NCBI RefSeq assembly: GCF_009914755.1
Contig: NC_060929.1
Strand: one strand, 5' to 3'
Source of the DNA: the human T2T-CHM13v2.0 reference genome, Homo sapiens
Length of the DNA stretch: 64,000 nt
Shown here: positions 1 through 20,692 of the stretch, in pieces
How the letters are laid out: each line of letters opens with the position of its first letter
Numbering within the stretch: the first letter of the stretch is position 1
Translations under genes and position numbers: made by a program
The notes under the pieces: generated by a model
Told to the model about the DNA's origin: nothing
Databases searched by the model: none
The model's input: only the letters and a program-made list of their open reading frames with translations

Positions 1-2830
<2,830 letters not shown>

Positions 2831-2885
2831 AAGTCCATCTTCCTCTTGTACTCCCTGCACCTCTTTTATAAGGTCAGTACTCCCT

Positions 2886-3033
2886 GCACCTCTTTTATAA
2901 GGTCATTGATCCTACTCAAGAGAGGGCTGCCCTCATGACTTATCACCTCTTAAAGGCCCCATCTCTTAATATTATCACATTGGTGATTAAGTTTCAATAT
3001 ATGAATTTTGGGGGTACACATTCAGACCATAGC
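2886..3033 (-). mobile_element. MaLR LTR fragment (MST/MLT1A-like)
   Basis: ccctcatgacttatcacctc...cacattcagaccatagca matches the MST-family terminus. Confidence 0.75.
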
Positions 3034-3075
3034 AATCACTGAATGTTTAACTGTATTAGCTCTGAATTTACCCAT

Positions 3076-3614
3076 GTGGTAGATTGTTTAATGACCCCAA
3101 ATCACCTCCCTTACCTCCCAATTCCAGTTATGCACTCCTCTTTATAATATGTCTTTGCTTCACATCCCATCCAGAGGTGGTGTCCATTTCTCCAGCCCCT
3201 TGAATTTTGGCTGACTTTGTTTGCTTTGATCAATAGAATGTGATAGAAGTGAGGTTGTTTGAGTTCCTGAGCCTAGGTATCAAGTAGCCTCGAAAGTGCT
3301 GCTTTCACCTCTTGGAACACTGCTCAGAACTGCTAAGTGAGGAAGCTAATCTAGTCTACAGGAGACTGGAAAGCCACCTGGAGAAATATCGAGGCACTCC
3401 AGCCAGCACCAACTGCCAGACATGTGAATGAGGCTATCTGAGCCCTCCAGCCAGATAATCATCCAACTGCATGGAGCTACTTAAGAAAGCACAGGCTAAA
3501 CCAGCAGAGAAATTGCCCGGCCAACTCACAGAAGTATGAGAAATGATAAACTGTTGCTGTTTTAAGACACTAAGTTTTGGGGTGATTTGTTACATAGTAA
3601 TAGATAGCTGACAC
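3076..3614 (+). mobile_element. MLT1-family MaLR LTR
   Basis: Begins tgtggtag and ends ttaagacactaagttttggggtgatttgttacatagtaatagatagctgacaca. Confidence 0.8.
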
Positions 3615-3974
3615 AGCCTGTCATAATCTTTTAACCTGTAATTATATTACAAGAGCTTATTTCATTAAGGGAACCTTTTACAATTCCTCTGCATTCTTGC
3701 ATTGTTCCTCATGCAGAGAAATTCTCTCTGTAATGAATGTTATTTGCCTGCCTAATAAGAGAACACTCTGAACTTCGAAGGTTAGTAGAGGAAGGAGAAT
3801 CTCATATGCGGAGTGCTACTTCTCCCTTTCTTCTCATCACCATCACCACCCTGGCATGGATATAGACCCAGCTCCAGGTGAAGTTGGACCTACCAAAGAC
3901 TTGGGAGTAAGTGAAAGGAGAAAATACACACACACATACACATGCACTCACATAAACACACACACATGGTACTA

Positions 3975-4013
3975 TATTCGTGTTCTCCAGAGAAACAGAA
4001 CCAATGGGAGGGG

Positions 4014-4050
<37 letters not shown>

Positions 4051-4468
4051 AAAGAGAGAGGGAGAGAGATTATGAGGAATTGGCTCACATGATTATGGAG
4101 ACTGAGAATTTCCACAACCTACCATCTGTAAGCTGGAAACTCAGGAAAGCAGGTGGTATAATTAAGTCCAAGTCTGAAGACAGGGAGACAATGACATAAG
4201 TCCCAGTCTGAGGGCAAGAGATGACATGTTCTAGCTCAAGTAGTGAGGTAGGAAAAAGGGGTAACTTCCTCCTTACTCCACGTTTTATTTTCTTCAGGCC
4301 CTCAACAGATGGGGTGACACCCACCCACACTGGGAAGGGCAATCATCTTTACTAAGTTCACCAATTCAAATGCTGCTGTCATCTGCAACACCCTCACAGA
4401 TCCACCCTGAAAAAATGTTTACTCTGGATATCCCATGGCTCACTCAAATTGACACTTCAATTAACATA
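3975..4468 (-). mobile_element. MLT2 (ERVL) LTR with internal (GT)n
   Basis: ttctccagagaaacagaaccaat...gaggaattggctcacatgattatggag...aaattgacac. Confidence 0.85.
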
Positions 4469-4554
4469 TATATCATTATATACTATAGTAACCATTATAT
4501 ATCATTATATTATAATGTAATATATAAAAAATATATCATACACACATATAGAAA

Positions 4555-4650
4555 ACCCAAGGTCACAAAACCAGTAAAGAGAGGAACTAGGATTCGAACC
4601 CAGCAGTCTGGCTTCAGAGTCTGTGCTATTAACAATTGCACTCCACTGCC
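4555..4650 (-). mobile_element. MIR fragment
   Basis: The reverse complement matches the MIR head (gccagactgctgggttcgaatcc...tgtgaccttggg). Confidence 0.75.
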
Positions 4651-5527
4651 ACAAAGAGTCATATGTGTGACTTCTAGATGTGGCTATTTTAGGAGCCCCC
4701 AGGTACCAATCCATTGTAATGGGATTTTCTGCTGCACTGGCTCCTTATCTAACTGCAGCCTGCCTCCTTGGGCCAGACACTGTTCTTCCTCCTTTACCTA
4801 GGGACACCCTCTTGTCTAAATTTTTAGAGTCCAGGCCCAAGGGTGGGAGCTCCTTCATCCCAGATGTGTAATATGGGGAATTCCCATTCCCTTTAGGGTT
4901 TGGCAGATACTGTAAATTGCCTTTCTAATTTCATTTAGATTTTAGCACCTTTTCTAATTTCATTTCAATTTTCCTTCTTATACTATGCAGGCTGGAATGC
5001 TACAACTACATTCTCCAAGACTACCTTGTAGCTAGTTTCTGCATGTGACCTAGCTATCACCAAGAAGACATATTGCTTGAGACTAGGAGGCAGAGATGCT
5101 AAATGTGAATGATAGCTCTGCAGAGAGAGAGATCAGATCTTGCAAGTGCAGAGAACAAGACACCTGGATTTCCTGGGACAGCTGCTCTGGGGATTTTGGA
5201 TTCCAAAGGCCAGTTCTCTTGTCTTTCCAGAAATTCTTACAAGGTACCTACTACTGTTTAATGAATTATTCTCTGCTTCAACTAGATAACATGGATTCGG
5301 CTGTCTACAGTCAAAAATCCTGACAAATACAGGATGATACTGCACCCCCAACCATAGGAGTGGTCCCTACAAATGAAGCACATTGGAATACAGTAGCACC
5401 CTGACTTCCATATGAGTAATCTCAAGGTTTCCCTTTGATTCCAATTTCACCTGTAGGCTCCAATGTAACAGTGGAAAAGCAGAGGTCATGATGGAGAGAA
5501 TAGGAGTGAGCCCATAAAACCTGGTTT

Positions 5528-5838
<311 letters not shown>

Positions 5839-6465
5839 TCAATGATCAAATATTGAGTCAGGGATAGGCTAAGCCAGCAACAAAATCAACCCACAGGGAC
5901 TTCAGGCCTCAGCAGAATGAACAAGGGAATCTACATTTGGAGATCAAGATCAAGTTGGTTTGAGAAGAAAAGCCAGGACACCAGGTCTAAATTGAGTTCC
6001 ATGAACAGTATTTGGCCAAGTCAGAAACCCTTTGTGAAGACCCCTAGCCCCAACCACCCACAGGTGTACATGTTCTCATATATATAGGACATGAGGACAT
6101 GTCTTAACATTTAATTGGTGACCTTTGCCCCTGTGGTATGAGAAAATGGTATCTCCTACTCAAATATCAGATATTTTGGTTTAAAATGTAAAATGAGTCA
6201 GAGTTAATTTGTCTCAGTCAGCCAACATGTCATAAAAATATTTTAATTCCAAGTATTGCCATAGTTTATCTTATACGTAAGATAAAGTAGAGCCAATAGA
6301 AAGATGCAAAAGCAAACCAAAGTTAGATTATTGCTTCTGATGGGACAAACCCTGTCCAGGAGAATTGTGGGGCCTTTCTTTGATTGACAGGTAGATTTGG
6401 GAGTTTTTAGAGGGGACCAAGCCTTTTGGGGCAAGGGAAGATGCAGTTGCAAAATACCGCTTGCT

Positions 6466-9400
6466 GGTTCTTTGGAAAAAAAAAATAACAAAATCTATAG
6501 ACCACTAGCTAGATTAACCAAGAAAAGAGGAAAGAAGATCCAACTAAGTTAAATTAGAAATGAAACTGGAAACATTACAACCAACACCATAGAAATACAA
6601 AAGATCATTTAAGACTACTATGACAACTTTATGCACACAAACTAGAAAACGTAGAGGAAATTGATAAATTCCTAGGGACATACAACCCTCCTAGATTAAA
6701 TCAGGAAGAATTAGAAACCTTGAACAGACCAACAACAAGCAGTGAGATTGAATTAGTAATTTTAAAATTGCCAACAAAAGAAAGCCCAGGACCAGATGGA
6801 ATCACAGCTGAATTGTACTGGACTTTCAAAGAAGAATTGGTACCAATCCTACTGAAACTATTCCAAAGGATTGAGAGAGAGGAAATCCTCCTTAAATCAT
6901 TCAATAAAGCTAGTATCACCCTGATACCAAAGTCAGGAAAGGACACAACAAAAAAGGAAAACTACAGACCAATTTTCCTGATGAACACAGATGCAAAAAT
7001 CCTCATCAAAATACTAGCTAACTGAATCCAACAGCACATCAAAGAGAATTCATCATGATCGAGTTTCATCACAGGGATGCAAGGATAGTTTAATATATGC
7101 AAGTCAATAAATGTGATCTATCACATAAACAGAATTAAAAACAAAAAACCATATGATCACCTCAATAGATGCAGAAAACGCATTTGAAAAAAAAAAATCA
7201 GCATCCCTTTAGATAAAAACTCTCAACAAACTAAGCATAGAAGGGGCCTACCTCAAAATAGTAGAAGCCACATATGATAAACCCACAGCCAACGTCATAC
7301 TGAATGGGAAAAAGTCGAAAGTATTCCCCCTGAGAACAGGAACAAGACAAGAATACCCACTTTCACCCCTCCTATTCAACATAGTTCTGGAAGTCCTAGC
7401 CAGAGTAATTAGGCAAGAGAAAGAAATAAAGGGCATCCAAATTGGAAAAGAGGAAGTCAAACTACCACTGTTTGCAGATGATATGATTATATAACTATAA
7501 AATCCTAAAGACTCCTCAAAAAAGACTCTTAGATTTGATAAATGAGTTTGATAAAGTCTCAGGTTACAAAATTGATGTGTACAAATCAGCAGCACTGCTA
7601 TTCACCAACGACCAAGCTGAGAATCAAAATAAAAACTAAATCCCTTTTACAACAGCTGCAATAAAATAAAATAAAATACTTAGGAATATACTTAACCAAA
7701 GAGGTGAAATATCTCTACAGGGAGAATTATAAAACATCACTGAAAGAAATCATAGATGACACAAACAAATGGAAACGCATCCCATGTTCATGGATTGAAA
7801 GATTCAATGTTGTGAAAATGACCACACTACCCAAAGCAGTCTACATATTCAATGAAATTACCATCAAAATATCAACATTTTCATGGAATTAGAAAAAACA
7901 ACCCTAAAATTCATATGGAACCAAAAAAGAGCCCATATAGCCAAAGCAATCCTAAGCAAAAAGAGCAAATCTGGAGGCATCATGTTGCTGGACTTCAAAT
8001 TCTACTACAAGGCTGTAGTTACCGAAGTTATACCAGCATGGTACTGGTATTAAAGTAGTCATGTAGACCAATGGAACAGAGTGGAGAACCCAGAAATAAA
8101 ACCAAATATGTACAGCCAACTGATCTTCCACAAAGCATACAAAAATACACATTAGGGAATGGACACCCTGTTTAATAAATAGTGCTGGGAAAACTGGCAA
8201 GTCACATATAGAAGAATGAAACTGAATCCGTATCTCTTGCCTTACACAAAAATCAACTCAAGATGGATCAAAGACTGAAATAAGAGCTGAAACTATAAAA
8301 ACCCTAGAAGACAACATTGGAAAAAATTTGTAGACATTGGCCTAAGCAAAGAACTCATGACTAAGACCCCAAAAACAAATGCAACAAACACAAAAATAAA
8401 TAAATGGGACCTAATTAAACTAAAAAACTTCTGCACAGCAAAAGAAATAATCACCAGAATAAACAGACAACCCACAGAATGGGAGAAAATATTTGCAAGC
8501 TATGTGTCTGACTAATATCCAGAACCTACAAGAAACTCAAACAAATCAGGATGAAAAAAAAATCTCATTAAAAAGTGGACAAAGGACATAGACATTTCTC
8601 AAAATAAGATATACAAATGGCCAAAAAACATGAAAAAATGCTCCATGTCACTAAGCATCAGGGAAATGCAAATTAAAACCATAATGAGGTACCACCTTAC
8701 TCCTGTAAGAATGGCTATTATTAGGCCAGGTGTGGTGGCTCATGCCTGTAATCCCAGCACTTTGGGAGGCCGAGGTGGGTGGATCACTGAAGGTCAGGAA
8801 TTCGAGACTAGCCTGGCCAACATGGGGAAACCCTGTCTCTACTAAAAATACAAAAGTTAGCCAGGCGTGGTGGCAGATGCCTGAAATCCCAGCTACTTGG
8901 AAGGCTGAGACAGGAGAATCACTTGAACCTGGAAGCAGAGGTTGCAGTGATCCAAGATTCTGCCATTGCGCTCCAGCCTGGGTGACAGAGTGAGACTCTG
9001 TCTCAAAAAAAAAAAAACAAAAAAAAACAAACAAAAAAACAAAAAAAGAATTGACTATTATTAAAAAGTCAGAAAACAATAGATGTTGGTGTGGATGTGG
9101 GGAAAGGGGAACACTTTACACTGCTAGTGGGAATGTAAATTAGTGCAACCTCTATGGAAAACAGTATGGAGATTCCTTAAAGAGTGAAAAGTAGATCTAC
9201 CATTCAATCCAGGATTCCCATGGCTGGGTCTCTATCAAAGGGAAATATGTCATTATATGAGAAAGACACTTGCACACATATGTTTATAGCAGCACAATTC
9301 ACAATTGTAAAGATGTGAAACCAACCTAAGTGCCCATCAACAAATGAGTGGATTACGAAAATGTGGTATATATGCACCATGGAATACTACTCAGCCATTA

Positions 9401-9732
9401 AAAGGAACAAAATAATGTATTTTGCAGCAACTTGGATGGAGCTGGAGGCCATTAGTCTAAGTGAAGTAACACAGGAGTGGAAAAGCAAAAACCATATGCT
9501 CTCAATTATAAGTGAGAGCTAAGCTATGAGCATGCAAATGCATACAGAGTGATATAATGGACTTTAAAGACTCAGAAGAGGGAGGGTGGGATGGGAGATA
9601 GGGATACAAAAACTGCACATTAGGTACAATGTACACTAATCGGGTGACAGGTGCACTAAAATCTCAGAATTCACCGCTATATAATTCATGTAACAAAATC
9701 CACTTGTACCACAAAAGCTATTGAAATAAAAA
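6466..9732 (+). mobile_element. 5'-truncated LINE-1 (L1PB-like), ORF2 through 3' UTR
   Basis: ORF2 remnants (SPGPDG...[16 protein letters not shown]) and a 3' end with aataaa. Degenerate TSD aaataccgcttgctggttc / aaacacagcttgttgatttc. Confidence 0.93.
8724..9046 (+). mobile_element. AluS inserted in the L1
   Basis: Full Alu with A tail; TSD aagaatggctattatta / aagaattgactattatta. Confidence 0.95.
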
Positions 9733-10249
9733 GAAACACAGCTTGTTGATTTCAGTGATCCATTGAGCCCCAGCTCAATCCCCATGGCATCCACCATGGC
9801 ACAAGTCCAGGCAGTTCACCATTGGAGAAGGGTCTCTTCATGTCATGACTGTTATTAGCTGCATATCCCTAAAGGCAGAATTCCCAAACTTGGAGCATTT
9901 TATTTCCTGGAGTTTCCTCTTTTTCCTCTTTGTCCATAACATGAATCAATAATAAGCTTCTTAAGACTGCTCTTGTATTAGATAATCATTTTTATTCTAC
10001 AAAATTGTTGGAACTTACATCATCCACAAATTAAAATTCTTTTTCTTTCCTCCCCTGTTTTTCAACCCTTTTTTCCTTTTAAAATTCATAACCTCTGGTC
10101 ATTACTTTGTGGTTTTTATCTGACATAAAACCACTTTAGCTGATTAAGGTGGTTATTTGTGAAAGTACCATAATTATCTTTATTACATATTCTTGAGTTA
10201 TATGCTTCATATAATTAGCACAAATATCTATAATAGAGTAGAAAAAACA

Positions 10250-13420
<3,171 letters not shown>

Positions 13421-14824
13421 GATGTAAAGAAAGGGGAAAAAAGGACTCATGGTCCAGTTATATTCTACCAGTAACTAGTTACATGACCCTGGGCAAACCC
13501 TTAACCATAGAGGATAACAGGGTTCTGGACTGTTGTATGAAGAAAGTTCAATTATTTCAAGTTAAAAATCATTGATTCTCTGATCAGACACAGGCTTATT
13601 TATTTTTTCAAACTTTGTCTTTCATTACTTTAAATTTATGTGTCTAAAAGTCCAAAACTATTTCCAGATTATCAAATTGCACTGACTAGAAAGGTAATTT
13701 TCAATGAGGATAACTTTAGCTGTTTATTTCACAAAAATTTGCACATGTACTCAGATTTATCTTCCTCACCATCCAACAAGAAAACCTGGTCTTCTAGATT
13801 CCTAGTCTCTAACATGGAAAAAAATATGGAGCACGTGGAACAAAAATAGCTCGAATGTAGGATCACTTGGGGAATAACTTGGACTTACACAGTTACATGA
13901 AAAATCTCCAAAGTCATATTCGCCAGAATTACATCCAAGAACAACGTTTTATTTAGCAGCTAACTGAGATGAATAGCAGCTTCAGTAGCTCTAAGCAAAG
14001 GCTCTATTCATCAAATTTAAGGACACAGGCAAAGGAAATTGATTCATTTCTGGACCTGATTGAGTTTCCACAGTTAGATGCATTGGAGGGAGACACGACC
14101 TGAATGCTCCAATTCTGTGGTTAGTGCCTGCATGTAATCTGGTCTGGAGCACCCCACCCTTGTGTCCTCAAGTCCAGCCAGGCTCACCACATGGAAGACA
14201 CTCTTATCGCCATGCTACTTTTGGGATAACCAATGAAATCTTTAACAAAACGTGTGATCTTTCAGCGAAAATACAACTTTCCCTAGGAGACGCCTGTATA
14301 TATGAAATAGGAGATGCATGAAATATTGGAATATCTTATGAAGAGCAGGGCTCAGCTTGGTACCTTGCACTTTGTTGGTGCCCTGTCATGCTTGTTGACT
14401 CAAAGGCGTCTTGTTAAATGTATTGTTTGCCACTGTTACAGGATTTATTTTCACCTTCCTCCCCATAATCTTGAAAATCTAGTTGAGAGCCAGAAGTTTC
14501 TTCTCCCGTGGCATGTTCTCACCACCACTTCTATAGGTCTTTAGAGCCACTTGATCACTGGTTCAGTGTCTTAACCAAACTGTTAGAGTCTAAGCTCTGT
14601 GAAGGCACGGGACAAGTCTGTCTCATTCACACTCCGTAAGGCAAGGCCAATAGCGGTTGCTTAGAAAATACTTGTTAGAGGAGCATTCATCCACCCTGCA
14701 ATCCAGGCTTGGTTCTGGTTTTCTATTCTCAACATCCAGGAGACTTGCTTGATGTTGGGATGCTAGGTTCCTTAGTTAAGTCATTAATTTTGGTGTTTAA
14801 GCCTTGTCCTTAAATTCAAAGGGC

Positions 14825-15052
14825 ACTGGGTTTGAGCCACAATTTGACCAATTAGCAATGGGACCTCAGACAATTTACTTAAACTCTGTGAGCCTTAGTA
14901 TCTTCATCTCTAAAAAGGAGGTGATAATAACACCTTCTTCACAAGATTTTGGTGATAATTAAATAAGATTTTTATATTTATATATGTGCCAGAACCATAT
15001 ACATAGTGTCTAGGACAGAATCTAGCATATCATAAGTACTCAATAATGTTAG
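14825..15052 (+). mobile_element. MIR
   Basis: Core ttacttaaactctgtgagccttagtatcttcatctctaaaa...taagtactcaataatgttag. Confidence 0.75.
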
Positions 15053-15374
15053 ATCTTTTCTGTTTACTACCCAAGTTACTGATGCATATAATTCCTTGGA
15101 CATAGTAATAAAGGGCTGAAAACTATTTTTAATAGTCCAAAAAGACTAATAGAATTATTATATTTACTTACAATAATATTAACTAAAATGTTAAGTTATT
15201 TTGGGAAATGTATTAACATATCCCATGCTTGCAAGCAGTCTTTCTTGGTGCATACACATCTTAGATTAATTAAAAATAGGAAAATGAACTATTTATATAT
15301 GTAACTTGGTATATAAAAACCCAGATGTGGAGTTCATGAGGTGTCCTTGGTTACTTAGGATTCCAAGAAGTCCG

Positions 15375-15527
15375 TTTTTAAATTTTTTATTTTATTTTAG
15401 ATTCAGGGGTACATGTGCATGTTTGTTACATGGATGTGTTACATACTGGTGGTGATTGGGCTTCTGGGGTGCCCATTACCCAAATAGTGAACATTGTGCC
15501 CAACAGATAATTCAACCCTCACCCTCC
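15375..15527 (-). mobile_element. Short L1 3'-end fragment (old L1PA/L1PB)
   Basis: ttttagattcaggggtacatgtgcatgtttgttacatgg...cccattacccaaatagtgaacattgt. Confidence 0.85.
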
Positions 15528-16316
15528 TTGGTTATTTCCAACCACCTGTTTTGACCCTGGCTTCCAACTCCAGAATCGTGATGGATTTACAGAATTTTGG
15601 GGACTGACGTGTTTGCTACTGGACAATTGTAGTGTGTTTAGTAATAAAACAGAACCAGTATCATAACAATAACATTACATATTCTGAATGGACTGAACTA
15701 TTATAATTTTGCCTGAAACTCATGACAACTGCATATATTTAGTCTGTGTTCAAGAATTTTATTGCTAATTACCAAATAGTACAAAATGAATAATTGTTAC
15801 CAAAAAAAAAAAAATTTGCCAGGTGCAGTAAGGCTTTGGTTATTAGATGGCAAGAATGTTACAGTGGCATGAAATGACTATGACATTATCAAGAAAAATG
15901 GATTTATATTTGAATAGTCTAGACTACTTGTAAAATCCTATAAAACCCTCAACTCTCTTGTATTTTACCCTAAAAAGTATTTCAAGAAATTATCAGCTAG
16001 CATACTTTGGAGAGATAGTATAGAGATATAAAGTCAGAGAAGAGTAACTACTTACCAGTCTCATAAATATGCTATAAAACTGTAATTATTTCATCAGACT
16101 TTACTTCTTTATAACCAAATTTCTTTGAGACTGCTTATGTTATTCAAGAAACAAAGAGAGAAAGAGAAACTTGATCTTTTGTTAGTATTTCCTAACTAAA
16201 CATTAAGCCATTGCAACCATGGAGTAAGTCCTATTTATGTTTTCTTAAACTAAAGATGTTTTAATATCCCCCTGTATTTTTATCATTACTTTGTTGAAAA
16301 TATTGTGAAAACCTGC

Positions 16317-16682
16317 TGTATTAGTCCATTTTCACACTACTGATAAAGACATACCTGAGACTGGGCAATTTACAAAAGAAAGAGGTTTATGGGACGTACA
16401 GTTTCACATGGCTGGGGAGGCCTCACAATCATGGTGGAAGGCAAGAAGGAGCAAGTCAAATCTTCCATGGATGGCAGCAGGCAAAGAGAGCTTGTGCAGA
16501 GGAACTCCTCTTTTTAAAACCATCAGATCTCACGAGACCCACTCACCATCACAAGAACAGCATGAGAAAGACCCACCCCCATAATTCAATCACCTCCCAC
16601 TGGGTCCCTCCCAGAATACATGGGAATTGTGGGAGTTAAATTCAGGATGAGATTTGGGTGGGGACACAGCCAAACCATATCA
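16317..16682 (-). mobile_element. THE1 (B/C-like) solo LTR
   Basis: TG...CA termini, THE1 consensus blocks, and a perfect 5-bp TSD cctgc at 16312-16 and 16683-87. Confidence 0.95.
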
Positions 16683-16941
16683 CCTGCTTCAAGGAGAACT
16701 TATACACCACAAATACTCATGTGTCACTTGTGCCTGTTGGGCATAGAAAATGACTCACATTTCTGTCACTCATATGTAAAGAATTTATGATGTATGTTTT
16801 AATCTTCCTTGCCTAAGATCACTTCTACAGTGAGACTTGACATTATAGATGAAATTTTTTAAATGCTGCCTTCTTGTCTGAATAAAAGTGATCTATTGCA
16901 ATCCTTTGATTACAATATATAAATTAAAAATAGAAAGTTGT

Positions 16942-17238
16942 GGCTGGGTGTTGTGGCTCACGCCTGTAATCCCAGCACTTTGGGAGTCTGAGGCAGGAGG
17001 ATTGCTTGAGTTTGGAAGTTCAAAACCAGCCTGGGCAACATAGCAAGACCCTGTTTCTACAAATATATATAAAACTAGCCAGGTGTGGTGGTGCACATCT
17101 GTAGTCCCACCTACTTGGGAGGCTGAGGCAGGAAGATCGCTTGAGCTCAGGAGTTCGAGGCTGCAGTAAGCCATGATTGGGCTACTGCACTCCAGCCTGG
17201 GTGACAGAGTGAGATCATGTCTCAAGAGAAAATGAACA
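16942..17238 (+). mobile_element. AluJ
   Basis: J-type diagnostics (ggattgcttgag, gttcgaggctgcagt) and a degenerate TSD. Confidence 0.92.
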
Positions 17239-17349
17239 AAATAGGCAGTTGTGAGTACACTTATCACAACTTGGATTTTGTAAAAGTATGAAAGGGAGCT
17301 TTCAGTTTTCTTACTGAGTATACATTTTAATGACTATTAGCTCAATAAT

Positions 17350-17570
17350 GATAATATCTAGCATTTTATATCACTTTTACATGACATAATTATACCAAAC
17401 AATATCTCATCTTTTTCCTACAATAATCATATGAAGCAAGTGGTACAAATATTATTAGTCTTGCTTTGCGATGAGGAAATTGAGACTTGGAATTTAAATT
17501 GCTTGCCTATAGTGAAGTGGCTAATAAGCACTAAAGTCAGGACTCAATGTCTGGTCCTCTTACTCCTAGT
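17350..17570 (-). mobile_element. MIR
   Basis: gatgaggaaattgagact...ttgcttgcct...caggactcaa. Confidence 0.6.
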
Positions 17571-17584
17571 TCTGTAATTTTCCC

Positions 17585-18470
17585 CTTTTTAAAAAAGACT
17601 GAGATGAAATTCACATAACATAAAATTAACCATTGTAAAATGTACAATCCAGTGACATTTAGTATATTCACAATATTGTGCATTCATGACCTCTATCTAG
17701 CTCCAAAACATTTTCATCATCCCTAAAGAAAACTCCATACCCATTAAATAGTCATCTCCCCATCCCCTTTCTCTGGCCCCTGGTAATCACAAATCTGCTT
17801 TCTGTTTCTATGGTTTTGCCTTTTCTGGATATTTCATAAAAATGGAATTATATAATATGTGACCTTTTGCATCCGGATTCCTTTACTTAGCAGAAGGTTT
17901 TCAAGGCTCATCTACACGGTAGCATGTATCAGTACTTCATTTCTTTTTATGAGTGAGTAATATTCTATTTTATACATGTGTACATATCACACTTTCTTTG
18001 TCCAGTGATGAACATCTGGATTGTTTCTAGTTTTTGGTTATTGTCAACAGTGCTGCTATATACAAGTATTTGAGTGCCTGTTTTTTGTTCTTCTGGGTAG
18101 AGTCCTGGGGTAGAGTTTCTGAGTCATTTGGTAATTCTATCTTTAACTTTTTGAGGGACCACCAGCCTATATTCCATAGTAGCTACACCATTTTACATTC
18201 CCACCAGAAATGGATGAGGGTTCCAATTTCTCTAAGGCTCACCAACTTGTTACTTTGCATTTTGTGTGTTTAAAAAATTATAGCCATCCTAGTGCTTGTG
18301 AAGTTCTATCTCATTGCATTGTAGTTTTGATTTGCATTTCCCTGTTGACTAATGTTGATTATCTTCTCATGTGCTTGTTGGCCATGTGTGTATCTTCTTT
18401 AGGGAAAATGTCTATTTAAGCCCTTTGCTCATTTTTTATTGGGTTGCTGTATTTCTTTTTTTTTTTTTTT
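17585..18470 (-). mobile_element. L1MB-type 3' region
   Basis: gagatgaaattcacataacataaaattaaccatt...ttgcatttccctg...gcttgttggccat. Confidence 0.88.
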
Positions 18471-19749
18471 TAAAGAAATTATATTTTCTCCTCCTAAAAT
18501 TCCACAGTGTGCCTTTGGAAAATTTACCTTCTTGCTCCATAACTGTATAGTTATGCAAGAAAAATGTAGTTATCACATTCTTGAGATTCTTTGATATTGT
18601 AGAGCTCTGTGTGTGTGTGTGTGTGTGTGTGTGGTGTGGTGTGGAGTTATCTTTATCTATGAGTAGATATAGAAATTACCACAGGAGGTGAGTTCCATGG
18701 GCGGAATGGATAACCTAAGATGCAAAGGGTGAGATTATCCATTTGTCCATCATGGTGGTGCTGTCCTTAGGCTGGGGAAGTCGCTCAGATGACAAGCCAG
18801 GCTGAACGGCAGGGACAATGGCAGGTGTGAGAATGTGGGCGCTATTTAACTTGGGCCAGGAGGAAGAGGAGTTGTCTGATGTGCTGCCCTGTGTCAGAGA
18901 ATAACGTGGCACCTGCTTTGGAGTAAAAGGTAAGATGCAGGTGTCAGTGGGAGTGAGAGTAAGGGAGAAAGCCAGACACACTACTAGCTGGAACAGCCTC
19001 CTTGGCCAGAGAGTATGATCTTGGGCCAGACAATTCTCTAAGGAAGTCTTAATAATTTTTATGGTGTTTGTATTTTGAGTAACAATTTCCTTTTTGTCTG
19101 TCTTGGCACTGAGTACTGCTCTTTGTGAAAACACCAGTCTGTCTCAGGTATGCTAGGGAGAATACAGAAAAGGGTTCTGGGCAATATTTGGTAGTGGGGA
19201 GGCAGGATGCTCCCAGAGCCAAGTGAGGGGGTGGCTACAGTGGAAATAAGGATGAGAAGACACCAGAGGAAGGAAGAGATTTCCTCTGGGACCCTCCCTG
19301 ACATCCTTTATGTTTGGCCCTCAGAAGGTTGGATGTTCTTTTGCAAATGTGACTGGACAATACTTTGAGATGGTAATTTACAGACTTTTCTCTTCCCATA
19401 TTTCCCCTCTTTGCCTCCTTCCTTTCAATCAGATAGTTGGCAGTCATCCATAATCTCAGGAGAAGACAGCAAACTGGCCAAAAAGCAAAAGCAGATGGTA
19501 AGTTACTTGTTTTGTGCTCTAAATGCCTATATCTTTAGGGACACAATAGATTCTGGGTTTGAACAGAATGTTTGGGAGAGGGAGGAGCTTTCCTCTAAAC
19601 GTGAAAAAGATTTTCCTGGGTCACGGTGGGGTAGAATTAAGGAGGTACATGGGTGTGAATGCAGACAGAAGTGGAGGTCCAAAAGGGGCCTTCACCATGC
19701 TTTCCAGTAGATCCTGGATGCAGTGAGGCCCCAGGGAGTAAACGGGTGT

Positions 19750-20105
19750 GTGGGAGGTGCAAGGACAAATGGTCCCCCCAAAACGTTCACGTTCTAATTC
19801 TCAGAACTGTGTTACCTTATGTGGCAAAAAGAGACTTTACAGATGTGATTACGTGAAAGATCTTGAGGTGGGGAAGTATCCTGGAATACCCAGATGGACC
19901 TGATGTGATTCCAACGCCCCTTATAGGAGGGAGGCTGGAGAGCAGAATCAGTGAAGGAGTCGTGATGATGCTGCCCTGCTGGCTTGAGGGGTTCCAGCCA
20001 AGGAGTGCAGGTGGCCTCTAGAGGGTGGGAAAAGCAAGTTAAACGGATTCTCCTCTAGAGCTTCCAGAAGGAACCAGCTCTACTGACACCTTAATTTTAG
20101 CCCAT
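19750..20105 (+). mobile_element. MLT1C/D-like MaLR LTR, 3' truncated
   Basis: gttaccttatgtggcaaaaagagactttacagatgtgatt...ctagagcttccagaaggaaccagc. Confidence 0.8.
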
Positions 20106-20387
20106 AGGACCCATAAAGAAGTAATCGTTCTTGCACACTGGGCTTGGGGGCTGAAATTCCTACTCTCTACACACCAATGTTTTCACTTCTGCTTCAGGGG
20201 AGGGCATCCACTGTGGGCCACATGCTTTATACATGCTTGTTCTAGTTCATCTTCACAACCCAATGAGGTAATATCCCCATTATCAATTTAATTTATTCCT
20301 GAAAATGTGCCAGATAGAGCATTATTGGAATGGGCTTATTCAAAAATAAATTGCAATCAATTTGGTCCAATTATCACCAAACGTCTC

Positions 20388-20692
<305 letters not shown>

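Noticed and set aside
4922-4965. Short direct repeat tttctaatttcattt, plus simple repeats elsewhere ((GT)n 4017 and 18608, (AT)n 30202, (CG)(CA)n 31570, (TTC)n 32430, poly-T 63468)
   Set aside because: Ordinary low-complexity or slippage products with no further structure.
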